Counted from the stretch's first letter, positions 40,504 to 50,848 are shown. The stretch: 64,000 bases of DNA from Nitrososphaerota archaeon (GCA_038845265.1 JAWBQR010000004.1:66049-130048); one strand, 5' to 3'. Translations and numbers: made by a program. The notes: generated from the sequence alone by a model not told the origin.

Positions 40504-41022
40504 ATGGATAGGCTTTGGGCTCCTTGGAGAATGGCCTATATAGGTGGGCAGAAGACCCAGGGATGCATCTTCTGCAGAAAGCCTAAAGAGAGGAATGATA
40601 GGGCAAACCTAATAATAATGCGGGGCGAGACATGCTTCGTAATGCTGAATGCATACCCATACAATAATGGACACCTCATGACTGCTCCATATAGACATGT
40701 AGGAGACATCAGAAGACTCTCAATGAGAGAGTCATCCGAGTTAATGATGTTGTCGATTCTTAGTATCGATCTATTGATGAGGGCTCTCAACCCTATGGGA
40801 TTCAATATTGGTATGAATCTTGGAAGAATTGCAGGCGCCGGAATAGCCGACCATGTACATATGCACATTGTGCCAAGGTGGGCGGGCGACACTAACTACA
40901 TGCCTGTCATTGCCGATACAAAGGTTCTTCCAGAATATCTAGATGAGACTTACTCAAAATTGCTGGAGCATCTTCCGCAAAACATGAAAGCAAAACTACA
41001 ATTGACGGATAATTCTAGATGA
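40504..41022 (+). CDS. HIT-family hydrolase (Ap4A phosphorylase-like)
   Basis: LWAPWR, CIFC, NAYPYNNGH, AGAGIADHVHMHIVPRW. Confidence 0.93.
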   Translation: MDRLWAPWRMAYIGGQKTQGCIFCRKPKERNDRANLIIMRGETCFVMLNAYPYNNGHLMTAPYRHVGDIRRLSMRESSELMMLSILSIDLLMRALNPMGFNIGMNLGRIAGAGIADHVHMHIVPRWAGDTNYMPVIADTKVLPEYLDETYSKLLEHLPQNMKAKLQLTDNSR

Positions 41023-41056
41023 GGGCCTAGCCTCTAAATATAAGTTATTTTTTAAT

Positions 41057-41734
41057 TTGCTCGTGAAAAAAATCAGGGCTATTCTCACAGACGTGGACGC
41101 AACAATCATGGATAATAGAGAAAGGCGAATCAAAGCAGTTGAAATGGTCCTAGGAGTTAAGATTGAAGATGACCAAAGAGCCAAGGCATATAACGCGCTG
41201 ACGGTAGAGGACGTTGCGAGGATAGCTGGTGTCGATCCCTCCGACAGGGTTTTAGAGGATATAATTAACATTTTCCTAGACGATATAGAGCTCTACGAAT
41301 TAGACACTCCTGCCGAAGGCGCAGTAGAAATTTTTAACGATCTTGCCAGGAATGGTATAAAAATAATATATGTCACTGGGCGTCCCGGAGTTAACTACAT
41401 TAGACCGTTCATAGAAAAGATGGGGTTTCCGCTGGGCCCGATGTATTATGAAAGGATTACCGGCGTAGGCGCCGCCGAGATTAAGAAAAGCCTCTTCAAA
41501 AAAGCACTAATAGAGAATAAACTAAAACCGAGTGAAGTGGTCTCGCTTGGTGATATGCCTCATGACGGCGCGGCGTCACGTTGTCTAAATATTTACAGCA
41601 TAGGCACGACCCAGATTTCAGGTGTCTCTCCAGAAGTCTTGAAGCCATACTTCGACGAAGTCATCATGCATATCTCTTCACTACCGACCCTCATAAGGAA
41701 GCTTGAAAAGGAGAGTAGCCAGCGTAAGACCTAA
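41057..41734 (+). CDS. HAD-superfamily hydrolase
   Basis: DVDAT motif I, YVTGR motif II, GDMPHD motif IV. Confidence 0.85.
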   Translation: MLVKKIRAILTDVDATIMDNRERRIKAVEMVLGVKIEDDQRAKAYNALTVEDVARIAGVDPSDRVLEDIINIFLDDIELYELDTPAEGAVEIFNDLARNGIKIIYVTGRPGVNYIRPFIEKMGFPLGPMYYERITGVGAAEIKKSLFKKALIENKLKPSEVVSLGDMPHDGAASRCLNIYSIGTTQISGVSPEVLKPYFDEVIMHISSLPTLIRKLEKESSQRKT

Positions 41735-41798
41735 TTCTGGGAATTTCAATTATTTATAAAAAGGCGGTGTAATATATTATATTTAGACATAGGCGCTG

Positions 41799-42833
41799 AT
41801 GAGTGGGATGGAGATAGCTAAATATTCAGTTGAAAGGATGCAGAGATATTTGGCTGCTGGCTATAGACTGCTAGGAAGAGAGAGACATTCTGGTATCGAG
41901 ATATGTAGGTGGACCAGGTCGAGATTAAGAGGCGAGAGGAATTGCTACAAATCCATCTATGGAATTGACTCGAGGAGATGTATACAGATGTCGCCTACGA
42001 TTGATTTCTGCAATTTTGCCTGTCCCTGGTGCTGGAGACCATTCGGCCCACATAGAAACAAAGCCCATGGCTCGAAATGGGATACTCCAAAAATAATCGT
42101 TGATGAGATGATAAAGGCGCAGAGAGAACTACTCTCAGGATTTGGAGGCAACCCAATGACGAGTAAGGAATCATTCAAGAAGGCAATGAGACCAGCACAC
42201 GTCGCAATTTCTCTAGACGGCGAGCCAACTCTATATCCCGAATTAGCCGGGCTCATAAAGGAGATACATAGTAGAGGCATGACGAGCTTCCTTGTAAGTA
42301 ATGGATCACTCCCGAAAAGACTTGAAGAATTACTAAAGGAAAACGCTACTCCAACCAATCTTTACATAAGCGTCTACGCGACAAATGAAAAAAAATACGA
42401 CGAGTTGACGAGGTCGTCTTTCCCGAAAGTATTCAGAAAAGTGCTAGAGAGTCTAAATCTCTTCTATAAATTTAATGAGAGGGGGTGCAGAACAGTATTT
42501 AGAATGACGGTTGCGAAGGGGCTAAACATGGAAGACCCTGAAGGTTATGCCTCATTGATAAGGATGTCTGAACCACATTTCATAGAAGTAAAAGGATACG
42601 CTTGGCTTGGAGAATCAAGGCTCAGGATTCCCAGGACAGCTTCTCCAACCTATGGGGAATTAAAAGACTTCGCAGAAAAAGTGATAGACAAAGCCGGCTA
42701 CAAGGTCAAGATGTGGGACAAAATAAGCAACATAATAGTCGCCGTAAGAGATGAGGATACATGGAGATGGAACCTTCAACTCGTCAAGAAAATCACCAAA
42801 CTCGAAGGTGTTGATGCGGACAAATATAAATAA
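41799..42833 (+). CDS. taw1: 4-demethylwyosine synthase Taw1/TYW1 (radical SAM)
   Basis: HSGIEICRWT, CYK, CIQMSP, CNFACPWCWR, HVAISLDGEPTLY, FIEVKGY. Confidence 0.93.
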   Translation: MSGMEIAKYSVERMQRYLAAGYRLLGRERHSGIEICRWTRSRLRGERNCYKSIYGIDSRRCIQMSPTIDFCNFACPWCWRPFGPHRNKAHGSKWDTPKIIVDEMIKAQRELLSGFGGNPMTSKESFKKAMRPAHVAISLDGEPTLYPELAGLIKEIHSRGMTSFLVSNGSLPKRLEELLKENATPTNLYISVYATNEKKYDELTRSSFPKVFRKVLESLNLFYKFNERGCRTVFRMTVAKGLNMEDPEGYASLIRMSEPHFIEVKGYAWLGESRLRIPRTASPTYGELKDFAEKVIDKAGYKVKMWDKISNIIVAVRDEDTWRWNLQLVKKITKLEGVDADKYK

Positions 42834-42896
42834 ATTATTAAAGTCTGCAAACTAATATCTATAAAAAATAGTTTTATTTTGTTTTATCGTTAAAGA

Positions 42897-44303
42897 ATGA
42901 GAGTAGTCTTTAAGTTCGGCGGCACATCTCTCGCAAATGGCGAAAGAATTAGACACGCTGCAGAACTTGTAAAAAACTACCTTCCCGATAACAAGATAGT
43001 AGTTGTCTGCTCGGCAATGGGTGATACTACAGATAATCTACTTGAGGCAATAGATGCTGCCGTTAACGGAGATAAGAAGAGAGTCGACGATGTTTTATCA
43101 GAGCTAAGCAGCCTACACCTTGAAGCAATTGACAAGGCCGTAAGTGTTGATTCTATTAAAAGAGAGATTTACTCCAGAATCTCGGAAAACATTGGGAATC
43201 TAAGTCAGGTGCTGCATAGTATCTATTTTCTAAGAGAGGCAACTCCGAGGACGCGTGATTATGTCTTGTCCTTCGGTGAAAGGATGTCCAGCAGGATAAT
43301 GTATGGAGCTCTCATGAGTCTGAGAATTGAGGCAAAGTATCTCGAGGGCGGAGAGGCAGGCATAATAACTGATTCCTCATTCGGAGAGGCCCAACCAATA
43401 ATGGAAGTTACTCAGAAACAAGTAAGAGAAAGGGTGGGAGGACTTTTAGAGAGGAATATCACGCCTGTCGTAACCGGCTTCATAGGCACGACTGTAGACG
43501 GCGCAGTAACGACGTTGGGGAGGGGTGGTTCAGATTATACCGCCACGATCATTGCATATGCCATCAATGCTGAGGAGGTGTGGCTATGGTCTGATGTCGA
43601 TGGACTGATGACGACTGACCCAAGAATAGTCAATGATGCACGGGTGCTTCCTGAGATATCATTCGAAGAAGCCATGGAAATGGCATTGTTTGGAGCGAAG
43701 GGGCTACATCCGAGGGCCCTAGAGCCCGCCCAAATGGGCAACATCAGGGTGAGGATAAAAAATACTTTCAACCCATCGGCCCCTGGTACACTGATATCTG
43801 AGTCTGCTAGAGGCATAGACAGCGTCGTCAAGGCTGTCCTGCTCGTTAGAGACGTAGCCATGATAACGCTGAGAGGAGCGTCGGTAGTAGGCAGGGCCGG
43901 GACAGCTGGAAGAATTCTCAGCACGTTGGGAAGGCTGGGAATCAACATAATGATGATCTCGCAGAGCGTGTCAGAGTCTGCATTGTCATTCATAGTGAAG
44001 AGGAAGGCGAGCGGAATCGTTGTCTCTGAGCTGGAGAGAGAATTCGTAAAGTCTGGACAGCTAAAAGAAGTTGAATGCGAGCCAGATGTCTCTGTAATCG
44101 CAGTGATTGGTGGGGGAATGCGGGGCACGCCCGGCGTCGCAAGCCGGGTCTTTGGAGCCGTGGCTAAACGCGGAATAAGCATAAGAATGATTGCCCAAGG
44201 GTCGTCAGAGCTAAACATCTCGTTCGTAGTAAAAGAGAAAGATGGGGAGGAGGCAGTCAAGGCTATTCATGAAGAATATGGATTGGGAAGCTTAAAATTA
44301 TGA
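42897..44303 (+). CDS. lysC: Aspartate kinase with two ACT domains
   Basis: KFGGTS, VCSAMGDTTD, GER, TTLGRGGSDYTA, DVDG, MISQ, QGSSE. Confidence 0.95.
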   Translation: MRVVFKFGGTSLANGERIRHAAELVKNYLPDNKIVVVCSAMGDTTDNLLEAIDAAVNGDKKRVDDVLSELSSLHLEAIDKAVSVDSIKREIYSRISENIGNLSQVLHSIYFLREATPRTRDYVLSFGERMSSRIMYGALMSLRIEAKYLEGGEAGIITDSSFGEAQPIMEVTQKQVRERVGGLLERNITPVVTGFIGTTVDGAVTTLGRGGSDYTATIIAYAINAEEVWLWSDVDGLMTTDPRIVNDARVLPEISFEEAMEMALFGAKGLHPRALEPAQMGNIRVRIKNTFNPSAPGTLISESARGIDSVVKAVLLVRDVAMITLRGASVVGRAGTAGRILSTLGRLGINIMMISQSVSESALSFIVKRKASGIVVSELEREFVKSGQLKEVECEPDVSVIAVIGGGMRGTPGVASRVFGAVAKRGISIRMIAQGSSELNISFVVKEKDGEEAVKAIHEEYGLGSLKL

Positions 44304-44386
44304 GATGGTGACTCAGCCCCTGCTCAAAATTAAGGTATATAAAATAAATGGAATTGTAATGCATGGAGAAAGAGTAAGGATAGGAT

Positions 44387-46576
44387 ATGCCAAGAGTGAA
44401 AAAGATATCTGAGGTACTTGACATCCTCAGGAACAAGGATAGAATCAGGAATATTGGAATCATTGCACACGTGGATCATGGAAAGACAACTACCAGCGAT
44501 TCGTTGCTAGCCGCCGCTGGATTGTTGTCCCCCGCGCTCGCTGGAAAGGCATTGGCGCTAGACTATCTTGAAGAGGAGCAGCAGAGGCAGATGACGATTA
44601 AGGCCGCGAACGTATCTCTATACTATGAAATGAATGGCACACCATTCATAATAAACCTTATAGATACTCCTGGACACGTAGACTTTTCTGGAAGAGTAAC
44701 GAGGGCTCTCAGGGCAATCGACGGCGCCGTCGTAGTTGTCGATGCCGTTGAAGGCGTGATGACCCAGACAGAGACCGTCGTAAGACAGGCACTGGGCGAG
44801 CGGGTCCGACCCGTACTGTACATTAATAAGGTTGACAGGCTGATAAAGGAGCTCCGTCTAACTCCTGAGAAGATCCAGGAAACACTCGGCCGAATAGTAT
44901 TAGAGGTTAATAGATTGATAGATATGTATGCAGAGCCCGAGTATCGTGATAAGTGGAAGCTTAGTTTTCAGTCAGGAACTGTCGCCATGGGGAGTGCAAA
45001 GGATAGATGGGGATTTACCGTTCCACAAGCCCAGAAAAGAGGAGTGAAATTCAGTGATGTATTACAAGCATTCGTTAACAATAATATCGATTGGCTTAAA
45101 GAAACTATGCCACTCCATGAAGCAATTCTTGAAATGGTAATTAATCATCATCCACCACCCCATATCGCACAGCGTTATAGAATTCCGAAGATCTGGAAGG
45201 GACCGCTGGAATCCGATATAGGACAGGCAATGATCGAGTGTAATGAAAATGGCCCGACAGTAATGGCTGTAACAGACGTGAAGGTTGATCCACAGGCAGG
45301 AGTTGTAGCTACAGGCAGACTTTTCAGCGGCACAGTTAATGATGGAGATACTCTAGTTATTGTTGGCCGTAACATTCAGAGCAGAGTGCAGCAAGTAGCC
45401 GTCTACATGGGACAAGCTAGAGAGATCGTCTCAACACTGCCTGCAGGCAACATCCCCGCACTCCTAGGAATAGAGGACGCACGAGCAGGCGATACGCTTG
45501 CAGTAAAAGAGATGGTGCCATTCGAGTCATTGAAATATGTCTCTGAACCCGTAGTCACGGTCTCTATCGAGCCTAAACATAGTAAAGACCTACCAAGGCT
45601 TGTTGACTTTCTCCAAAAACTGACTATTGAGGACCCGACCCTAGTGACTATTGTAAGGCCTGAGACAGGCGAGTACCTGATAAGCGGGATGGGTACCCTC
45701 CACCTAGAGATAGCACTGACATGGATACAAAAGGCTGGGCTCGAAGTAGTAGCTGGAAAACCAATAATTCTCTACAGAGAAACAATAGAGAGAAAGGGAA
45801 AAGTATTCGAAGGAAAATCACCTAATAGGCATAACAAGATATACATGTATGTCGAGAAGCTGGACGATGAAATCATCGAGTTGATCAGGAGAGGAGAGAT
45901 CTTCGACGAGATGGACAGGAAACAGATCGCTAAAATATTAAGGGAGCATGGATGGGATGCAGATGAGGCAAGGAATGTCTGGACAATAGACCCGAACGGA
46001 AACATACTTGTAGACATGACTAAGGGCGCGCAGTTCCTCCATGAGAGCAAAATGATGATTATAGGAGGCTTCCAACGAGTTGTTCAAGAGGGACCTCTAG
46101 CTGGAGAAAGAATGAGGGGAATAAAGGCTGTACTCGTAAACGTAGATCTCCATGAGGACCCAGTCCACCGAGGATATGCACAAATCGCGCCCGCCACTTG
46201 GAGATCGCTTTATGCTAGCATACTCAGCGCTGACCCAGTGCTGCTCGAGCCAGTACTCAAGTTAGAGGTCAAGGTGCCGCCAGACTTGATGGGTGCTGTC
46301 ACCTCCATAGTTAGCTCAAAACGTGGCAGAATACTAGATGTGAAACAGTCAGAATACATTACTGTTGTCTCCGGCGAGATTCCGGCCGCCGAGACTGGTG
46401 ATTTGTCGGAAGTCTTAAGGAGCTCCACCATGGGAAAGGCATTCTGGGGAACAGAGTTCCATGCATGGAGACCTGTCCCTGCGTCTCTCCATGAAAAAAT
46501 AATAATGGAGATAAGAAAAAGAAAGGGAATGCCGCTAGAATTGCCGAAGATCTCTGACTACGTCGAAGAAGAGTAG
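44387..46576 (+). CDS. fusA: Elongation factor aEF-2
   Basis: AHVDHGKTT, DTPGHVDF, NKVD, diphthamide loop LHEDPVHRG. Confidence 0.98.
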   Translation: MPRVKKISEVLDILRNKDRIRNIGIIAHVDHGKTTTSDSLLAAAGLLSPALAGKALALDYLEEEQQRQMTIKAANVSLYYEMNGTPFIINLIDTPGHVDFSGRVTRALRAIDGAVVVVDAVEGVMTQTETVVRQALGERVRPVLYINKVDRLIKELRLTPEKIQETLGRIVLEVNRLIDMYAEPEYRDKWKLSFQSGTVAMGSAKDRWGFTVPQAQKRGVKFSDVLQAFVNNNIDWLKETMPLHEAILEMVINHHPPPHIAQRYRIPKIWKGPLESDIGQAMIECNENGPTVMAVTDVKVDPQAGVVATGRLFSGTVNDGDTLVIVGRNIQSRVQQVAVYMGQAREIVSTLPAGNIPALLGIEDARAGDTLAVKEMVPFESLKYVSEPVVTVSIEPKHSKDLPRLVDFLQKLTIEDPTLVTIVRPETGEYLISGMGTLHLEIALTWIQKAGLEVVAGKPIILYRETIERKGKVFEGKSPNRHNKIYMYVEKLDDEIIELIRRGEIFDEMDRKQIAKILREHGWDADEARNVWTIDPNGNILVDMTKGAQFLHESKMMIIGGFQRVVQEGPLAGERMRGIKAVLVNVDLHEDPVHRGYAQIAPATWRSLYASILSADPVLLEPVLKLEVKVPPDLMGAVTSIVSSKRGRILDVKQSEYITVVSGEIPAAETGDLSEVLRSSTMGKAFWGTEFHAWRPVPASLHEKIIMEIRKRKGMPLELPKISDYVEEE

Positions 46577-46606
46577 ACTAAACAAGGTAAACTCCTTATA
46601 CGATAT

Positions 46607-48196
46607 TCACATACTTGATCTTCCCTTCATTTCGAATTGTCTTTGATAAAGCATCTTCAGTCTCTGGTATGTATCAATTTCTTCAGGACTTTTGTCGTCA
46701 CGAATTCTGATTATCCTAGCAAATCTCAAGGCATAGCCGCTCTCATAGTGAGGGCTTCTCTGAATTTCATTATAGGCAACCTCAACGACGATTGATGGCT
46801 TCACAGTGACTCCCCACTCATGTTCCGAGACTTTTAAGGAAATTAGACGATTAGTCATTAACTCGAACTCATTGTCTGTTAATCCCTTAAATGTCTTTCC
46901 CACCATTAGATAGTTCCCAGTATCTTTATCCCGCACCGCTAAATGATAATTGCTCAGCCATCTGCTTCTTCTTCCATGTCCCCATTCTGCCGCGATTATT
47001 ACGAGGTCGAGGCTATCCGCCGGCTTTATCTTTAGCCATGGCGCTCCTCTCTTACCCGGAATGTAGGGACTTAATGGATGCTTAGCCATTATTCCTTCAT
47101 GACCCTGCTCGATTGCCCTTCTCAGAAACTCCTCTGCTAAATCTTTACTATCTGTCTCAAGGTTCGGAGCCAAGAGATCTCTCTTCACTATCGCCTCAAG
47201 CATCTTTCTTCTCTCTACGTATGGCTTATCGATTATAACCTCGTCGTTAATCATCAATGCATCAAATATCCATATCCTCAGAGGAACAGTCTTTACAGCC
47301 TCCTCTATATCTCTTTCACGGGTAACACGACGCATAGTTTCTTGAAAAGGCAGTGCTTTCCCAGAGGCATCAACTGCTACTACCTCACCATCAAGTATAG
47401 CTGAGTGGACATTAATCGAGCTGGATAGTAAATCAACAATATCTGGCATACTTTCAGTAACATCTGATAGACGGCGAGTGAATAATCTAATGTCATTTCC
47501 CTGCTTATGTATCTGAATCCTAACACCGTCATATTTTGGTTCGATGAAGATCTTGCCGCCATGTCTATGGATAGCGTCCTGTATGTCGTAGCACATCTCC
47601 GCAAGCATAGGTCTCAGAGGGCTAAAAATTCTGAGCTGAAATTGTTTTGAAAGTTCTCCAGTTAACGCGAGTCTGACAAGCTCACCAATGTCTCCAATAA
47701 TCATATCAAGCCTTCTAACTTTGTCTCTCTCTAAACCTGAAAGTGAAGAAACAACGTCGAGAAGCAGACCGATATTAACGCCATGCCTCATCTCTCCAGA
47801 AATTATCCTTAAAAGCCACCCAAGCTCTTCTCTGCTACATCGCGAAAAAAGAGATTGCAGAACTGCCAATTTCTTTTCGCGGGATCTCTCTCCCTTGATG
47901 TTGGAAATTATTCTGAAAATAGTCCATAATTCCTGAATTGTTAATGGATCAGTTACTAGGGTTAAGGATGGGCCAGACTCAATTGCTGTTTTAACAAGCC
48001 TCCACCCCACATTTAACGGAGAATCACTCTTCTCCTCTGATATGCGCCCAATCAATAGATAAGAAGCTATCTTTCCTTCTTCTGGGGATAATGCTTGAAG
48101 ATAATTCGATATTAGTCTAACTTTTTGAAGACGACTATTCGTCCTCTCAAGTGTTTTGCAAAGCTCTACTAGTCCGGAGAAGGATGCGGCCATCAA
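46607..48196 (-). CDS. lig: ATP-dependent DNA ligase
   Basis: EPKYDGVRIQIH, LDGE, EGIMAK, WLKIK, DLVII, ALRFARI. Confidence 0.95.
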   Translation of the reverse strand: MMAASFSGLVELCKTLERTNSRLQKVRLISNYLQALSPEEGKIASYLLIGRISEEKSDSPLNVGWRLVKTAIESGPSLTLVTDPLTIQELWTIFRIISNIKGERSREKKLAVLQSLFSRCSREELGWLLRIISGEMRHGVNIGLLLDVVSSLSGLERDKVRRLDMIIGDIGELVRLALTGELSKQFQLRIFSPLRPMLAEMCYDIQDAIHRHGGKIFIEPKYDGVRIQIHKQGNDIRLFTRRLSDVTESMPDIVDLLSSSINVHSAILDGEVVAVDASGKALPFQETMRRVTRERDIEEAVKTVPLRIWIFDALMINDEVIIDKPYVERRKMLEAIVKRDLLAPNLETDSKDLAEEFLRRAIEQGHEGIMAKHPLSPYIPGKRGAPWLKIKPADSLDLVIIAAEWGHGRRSRWLSNYHLAVRDKDTGNYLMVGKTFKGLTDNEFELMTNRLISLKVSEHEWGVTVKPSIVVEVAYNEIQRSPHYESGYALRFARIIRIRDDKSPEEIDTYQRLKMLYQRQFEMKGRSSM

Positions 48197-48251
48197 TGCC
48201 TAATAATTATCTTATTAATCCTTGCCATAAGGAGGTATTGATGATTTGCGA

Positions 48252-48647
48252 CTATTTCAATGGCACATACATACTGCTCTTCGTTGCACCTACGCCTGGG
48301 CGCCCATGTACGACCCGTTTGTTAGTTATTGCGAATTCGCCGAGCCTGTGTCCAATCATCTCAGGCCTGACCTCTACAGGTACAAAGTCTTTTCCATTAT
48401 GCACCCATATAGTTAGACCGACCATCTCTGGAAGTATTATCATGTCCCTTGCATGTGTCTTGATTGGTTTGTTGCTGTTTATTTTTTTGATTTTTCTTAT
48501 TTTTGCGAGTAGTTTTCTCTGGGCCTCTGTGAGTCCTCTTTTTAGGCTCCGTCTCTGCCGGCTTGGGAGTAGCTTGATGAACTGGTCCATGCTCATCTCT
48601 AATAGTTGTTGATGTGTGTAGCCACGGTATGTGAACTCTCTGACCAT
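48252..48647 (-). CDS. rps19: Ribosomal protein uS19
   Basis: [47 protein letters not shown]. Confidence 0.97.
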   Translation of the reverse strand: MVREFTYRGYTHQQLLEMSMDQFIKLLPSRQRRSLKRGLTEAQRKLLAKIRKIKKINSNKPIKTHARDMIILPEMVGLTIWVHNGKDFVPVEVRPEMIGHRLGEFAITNKRVVHGRPGVGATKSSMYVPLK

Positions 48648-48808
48648 TCTGGGTGTTTATTATCCGTAGCTGTATTTATGGGTATTTGGGTCTCTGGACT
48701 GGTCTTGATTGGTCTTTTCCATATATCTCTTAGATATTCTGCGGAATATACGGTGAGTCTGTTCCTATTTTTTTATTGGAGTAGTTTTTTATAGGTTGTC
48801 CTTGGTTT

Positions 48809-49063
48809 TTGGTGCTGAGTACCGAATTGAGGGTGGTCGTGGTTCCGCTTGTTGGGAGGCCTAGGAGGATCGTGGTTGAGACTGATCCTAGGGCTCCCGT
48901 GAGTAGCCTAAAAGAGGCTGTGTGTAGGTTGCTTAATCTTCCAGTGGAGAGTTTTAGGCTCGCCTTCAGGGGCAGGGTGCTTTCTGATTCGGCGTCTCTT
49001 GAGGAGGAGGGAGTGCGGGAGGGTGAGTCTTACTATCTCTTTCCCGGCGTGGTTGGTGGTTAG
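48809..49063 (+). CDS. Eukaryote-type ubiquitin-like protein ending in GG
   Basis: VSSLKEAVC...FRLAFRGRVLSDSASLEEEGVREGE...VVGG-stop matches the ubiquitin pattern RLIFxGKxLxDxxTL; the start could be any of TTG/GTG/CTG/TTG at 48809-48827. Confidence 0.85.
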   Translation: MVLSTELRVVVVPLVGRPRRIVVETDPRAPVSSLKEAVCRLLNLPVESFRLAFRGRVLSDSASLEEEGVREGESYYLFPGVVGG

Positions 49064-49162
49064 GTTGTTGTTCTCTGCTCCTGGAGCGTAAGGTTTATTA
49101 CTGATTGTGTTTTGTAGGTTTTGAGGTGCGCTGATGATGTGGGGTGAGGGTCTTCCAGATAG

Positions 49163-49996
49163 GTGGTCGACTTCCATAGAGGCATCGCGGTCAAGCCCAG
49201 TCTTCTCGGAGTAAGTAGTTGTTCGAAGAGGGAGGGGCTTTTTAGGCTTTATAGTGCTGCGCTGGTCTCTGATATTGATTTCTTCGTTATTGATTCTGAG
49301 AGGGTGTGTGATGACGTTAGTGTGGATGATCTCGCGGAGCTGGTTGTTCTCGCGGAGGAGGTTGATGGGCCTGTGGTTGTGCCTACGGTTCCCGTGAGGA
49401 GGAGTGACTATCCGGATCGGATGCGTGATATTATTGATGTGGTTGCTGGTAGTGGTCGTGCCGGTCTCTGTATTGTTGCTGGTAATCCTCATTATCTATC
49501 GGTTGAGGAGGCTGGGGCTAGGGCGGCTCCCCTGTTGCTTGAGGCGGCTGAGGTTAGTCGGTCTAGGCTTGGGAATAAGTTGGTCTTGGTGGGGACGGAG
49601 AATGTCGAGTCTGTTGCGATGAAGTGTTGCATGAGATATAAATGTGTTCCATTCTTCTTGCTTGATGATGGTGTTGAGAGTGTCGTCGAGTCTTATAGAA
49701 GTGTTCTCGACGTGCCGGTTGCGGTTTATGCTCCGTTTTTTGTGGGCAATGGGTTTGGTAAAGATGTTGCGGAGACGATGCTGGCCTATGCCTCGAGGAG
49801 GAGGAAGATGTCTGAGGTCTTGAGGAATTCAGATGATTGGTGGGGGGCTCTGAGCAGGTTAATGCTTGTCGGTGATAGGTTTGTGGTTGGCGAGAAGTTG
49901 AAGGAGATTTGGCTTGATGGTTTTGACATTGTCGTTGGTTTTCCTGCGGGTAGTTCTGAGAAGCAGGTATACTTGTTCGGGAGCATTGTTTTCTAG
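49163..49996 (+). CDS. Conserved archaeal hypothetical protein, probable luciferase-like TIM barrel
   Basis: Alternating beta/alpha pattern with VAGNPHYLS, VGTENVE, VAVYAP, AYASRR, LVGD, VVGFPA, recalled from uncharacterised archaeal luciferase-like proteins. Confidence 0.55.
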   Translation: MVDFHRGIAVKPSLLGVSSCSKREGLFRLYSAALVSDIDFFVIDSERVCDDVSVDDLAELVVLAEEVDGPVVVPTVPVRRSDYPDRMRDIIDVVAGSGRAGLCIVAGNPHYLSVEEAGARAAPLLLEAAEVSRSRLGNKLVLVGTENVESVAMKCCMRYKCVPFFLLDDGVESVVESYRSVLDVPVAVYAPFFVGNGFGKDVAETMLAYASRRRKMSEVLRNSDDWWGALSRLMLVGDRFVVGEKLKEIWLDGFDIVVGFPAGSSEKQVYLFGSIVF

Positions 49997-50011
49997 TCTT
50001 GGCGTGACGGG

Positions 50012-50785
50012 TCATATCGTGAGTTTTGTTCCTGTTGTTGGATTTCCGAGCAGGGCCTCGATTACACGGTCTGGATAGTTGCCGTTGACTATTCTGACGT
50101 CTACGCCTGCTTCGACTGCCTCGTAAGCTGTCTCTACCTTGTATGCCATTCCTCCAGTCACGTCTCCCACGTCCCTGTATTGTATCTTGTAGTGGTAGCC
50201 TCTTTTCAGCTCTCTTATCAGTCTTCTCTCATTGTTCCTGAATTCATAGACTCCGTCTACGTCTGTTGCAAATACCAGTGTCTTGGCTGATAGTTTCTTG
50301 GCGAAGTAGACCGCGATCGTGTCGCCTGAGAGTACGGTGAATTTTAGGTGGCTATCGAATGTTACGTCGCCGCATGTGACTGGCACGATTCCTATGTCGA
50401 GCGAGGCGAGGAATGGGTCGAGGCTGATGGTTTCGATCGTTCCTCGACGCGTCCTGAAGACTATTCCTGCAGGAATGCCTATGCATGGAAGTCCTGCATC
50501 ATTCAGAACTTCTACGACTCTATTGTTGAGTAGCCTCATCGAGCTTGATGTCTTGATGAATCCTTCGAGGCTTCGGGGGTCTTTGTATCCGTTTGTTAGG
50601 CCATATTCCTTGGCGAGTAGATGCCCATATGTTCCTGCGCCATGAACTATTATTAATGGTTTGGGCCAGAGTGTCTTTAGGGACTGCCCAAGCAATCTTA
50701 GATTTTCCTCCCTAAGCTCCGGTGTCTTTTTTCTCTTATCAGTTAGCACCGAGCCCCCGATCTTCAGTATCATCAGGGTACGCAT
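50012..50785 (-). CDS. ipk: Isopentenyl phosphate kinase (amino acid kinase family)
   Basis: ILKIGGSVLTDK, VHGAGTYGH, SGD, TDVDGVY, DVTGGMAYK; real start is the ATG of MRTLMILK, and the upstream part of the 604-aa track ORF is antisense shadow. Confidence 0.9.
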   Translation of the reverse strand: MRTLMILKIGGSVLTDKRKKTPELREENLRLLGQSLKTLWPKPLIIVHGAGTYGHLLAKEYGLTNGYKDPRSLEGFIKTSSSMRLLNNRVVEVLNDAGLPCIGIPAGIVFRTRRGTIETISLDPFLASLDIGIVPVTCGDVTFDSHLKFTVLSGDTIAVYFAKKLSAKTLVFATDVDGVYEFRNNERRLIRELKRGYHYKIQYRDVGDVTGGMAYKVETAYEAVEAGVDVRIVNGNYPDRVIEALLGNPTTGTKLTI

Positions 50786-50848
50786 AGCAATACCAATCAC
50801 TCTTCGGCCGATATTAACTATTTGATTTGGTTCATATGAGTTATCACG

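Noticed and set aside
43535-44260. 241-aa ORF antisense to aspartate kinase, and similar shadows over rps5, hel308 and flaI
   Set aside because: Codon-aligned antisense frames of conserved genes with no recognisable motifs
48723-48749. Overlapping palindromes ATATCT-CTT-AGATAT and ATATTC-TGCG-GAATAT between rps19 and the ubiquitin gene
   Set aside because: Six-bp AT-rich arms arise easily by chance and I saw no second copy; could still be an operator
48908-50015. Thr/Asn/His/Gln-rich minus-strand ORFs (194 and 150 aa)
   Set aside because: Shadows created by the G/T skew of the plus-strand genes
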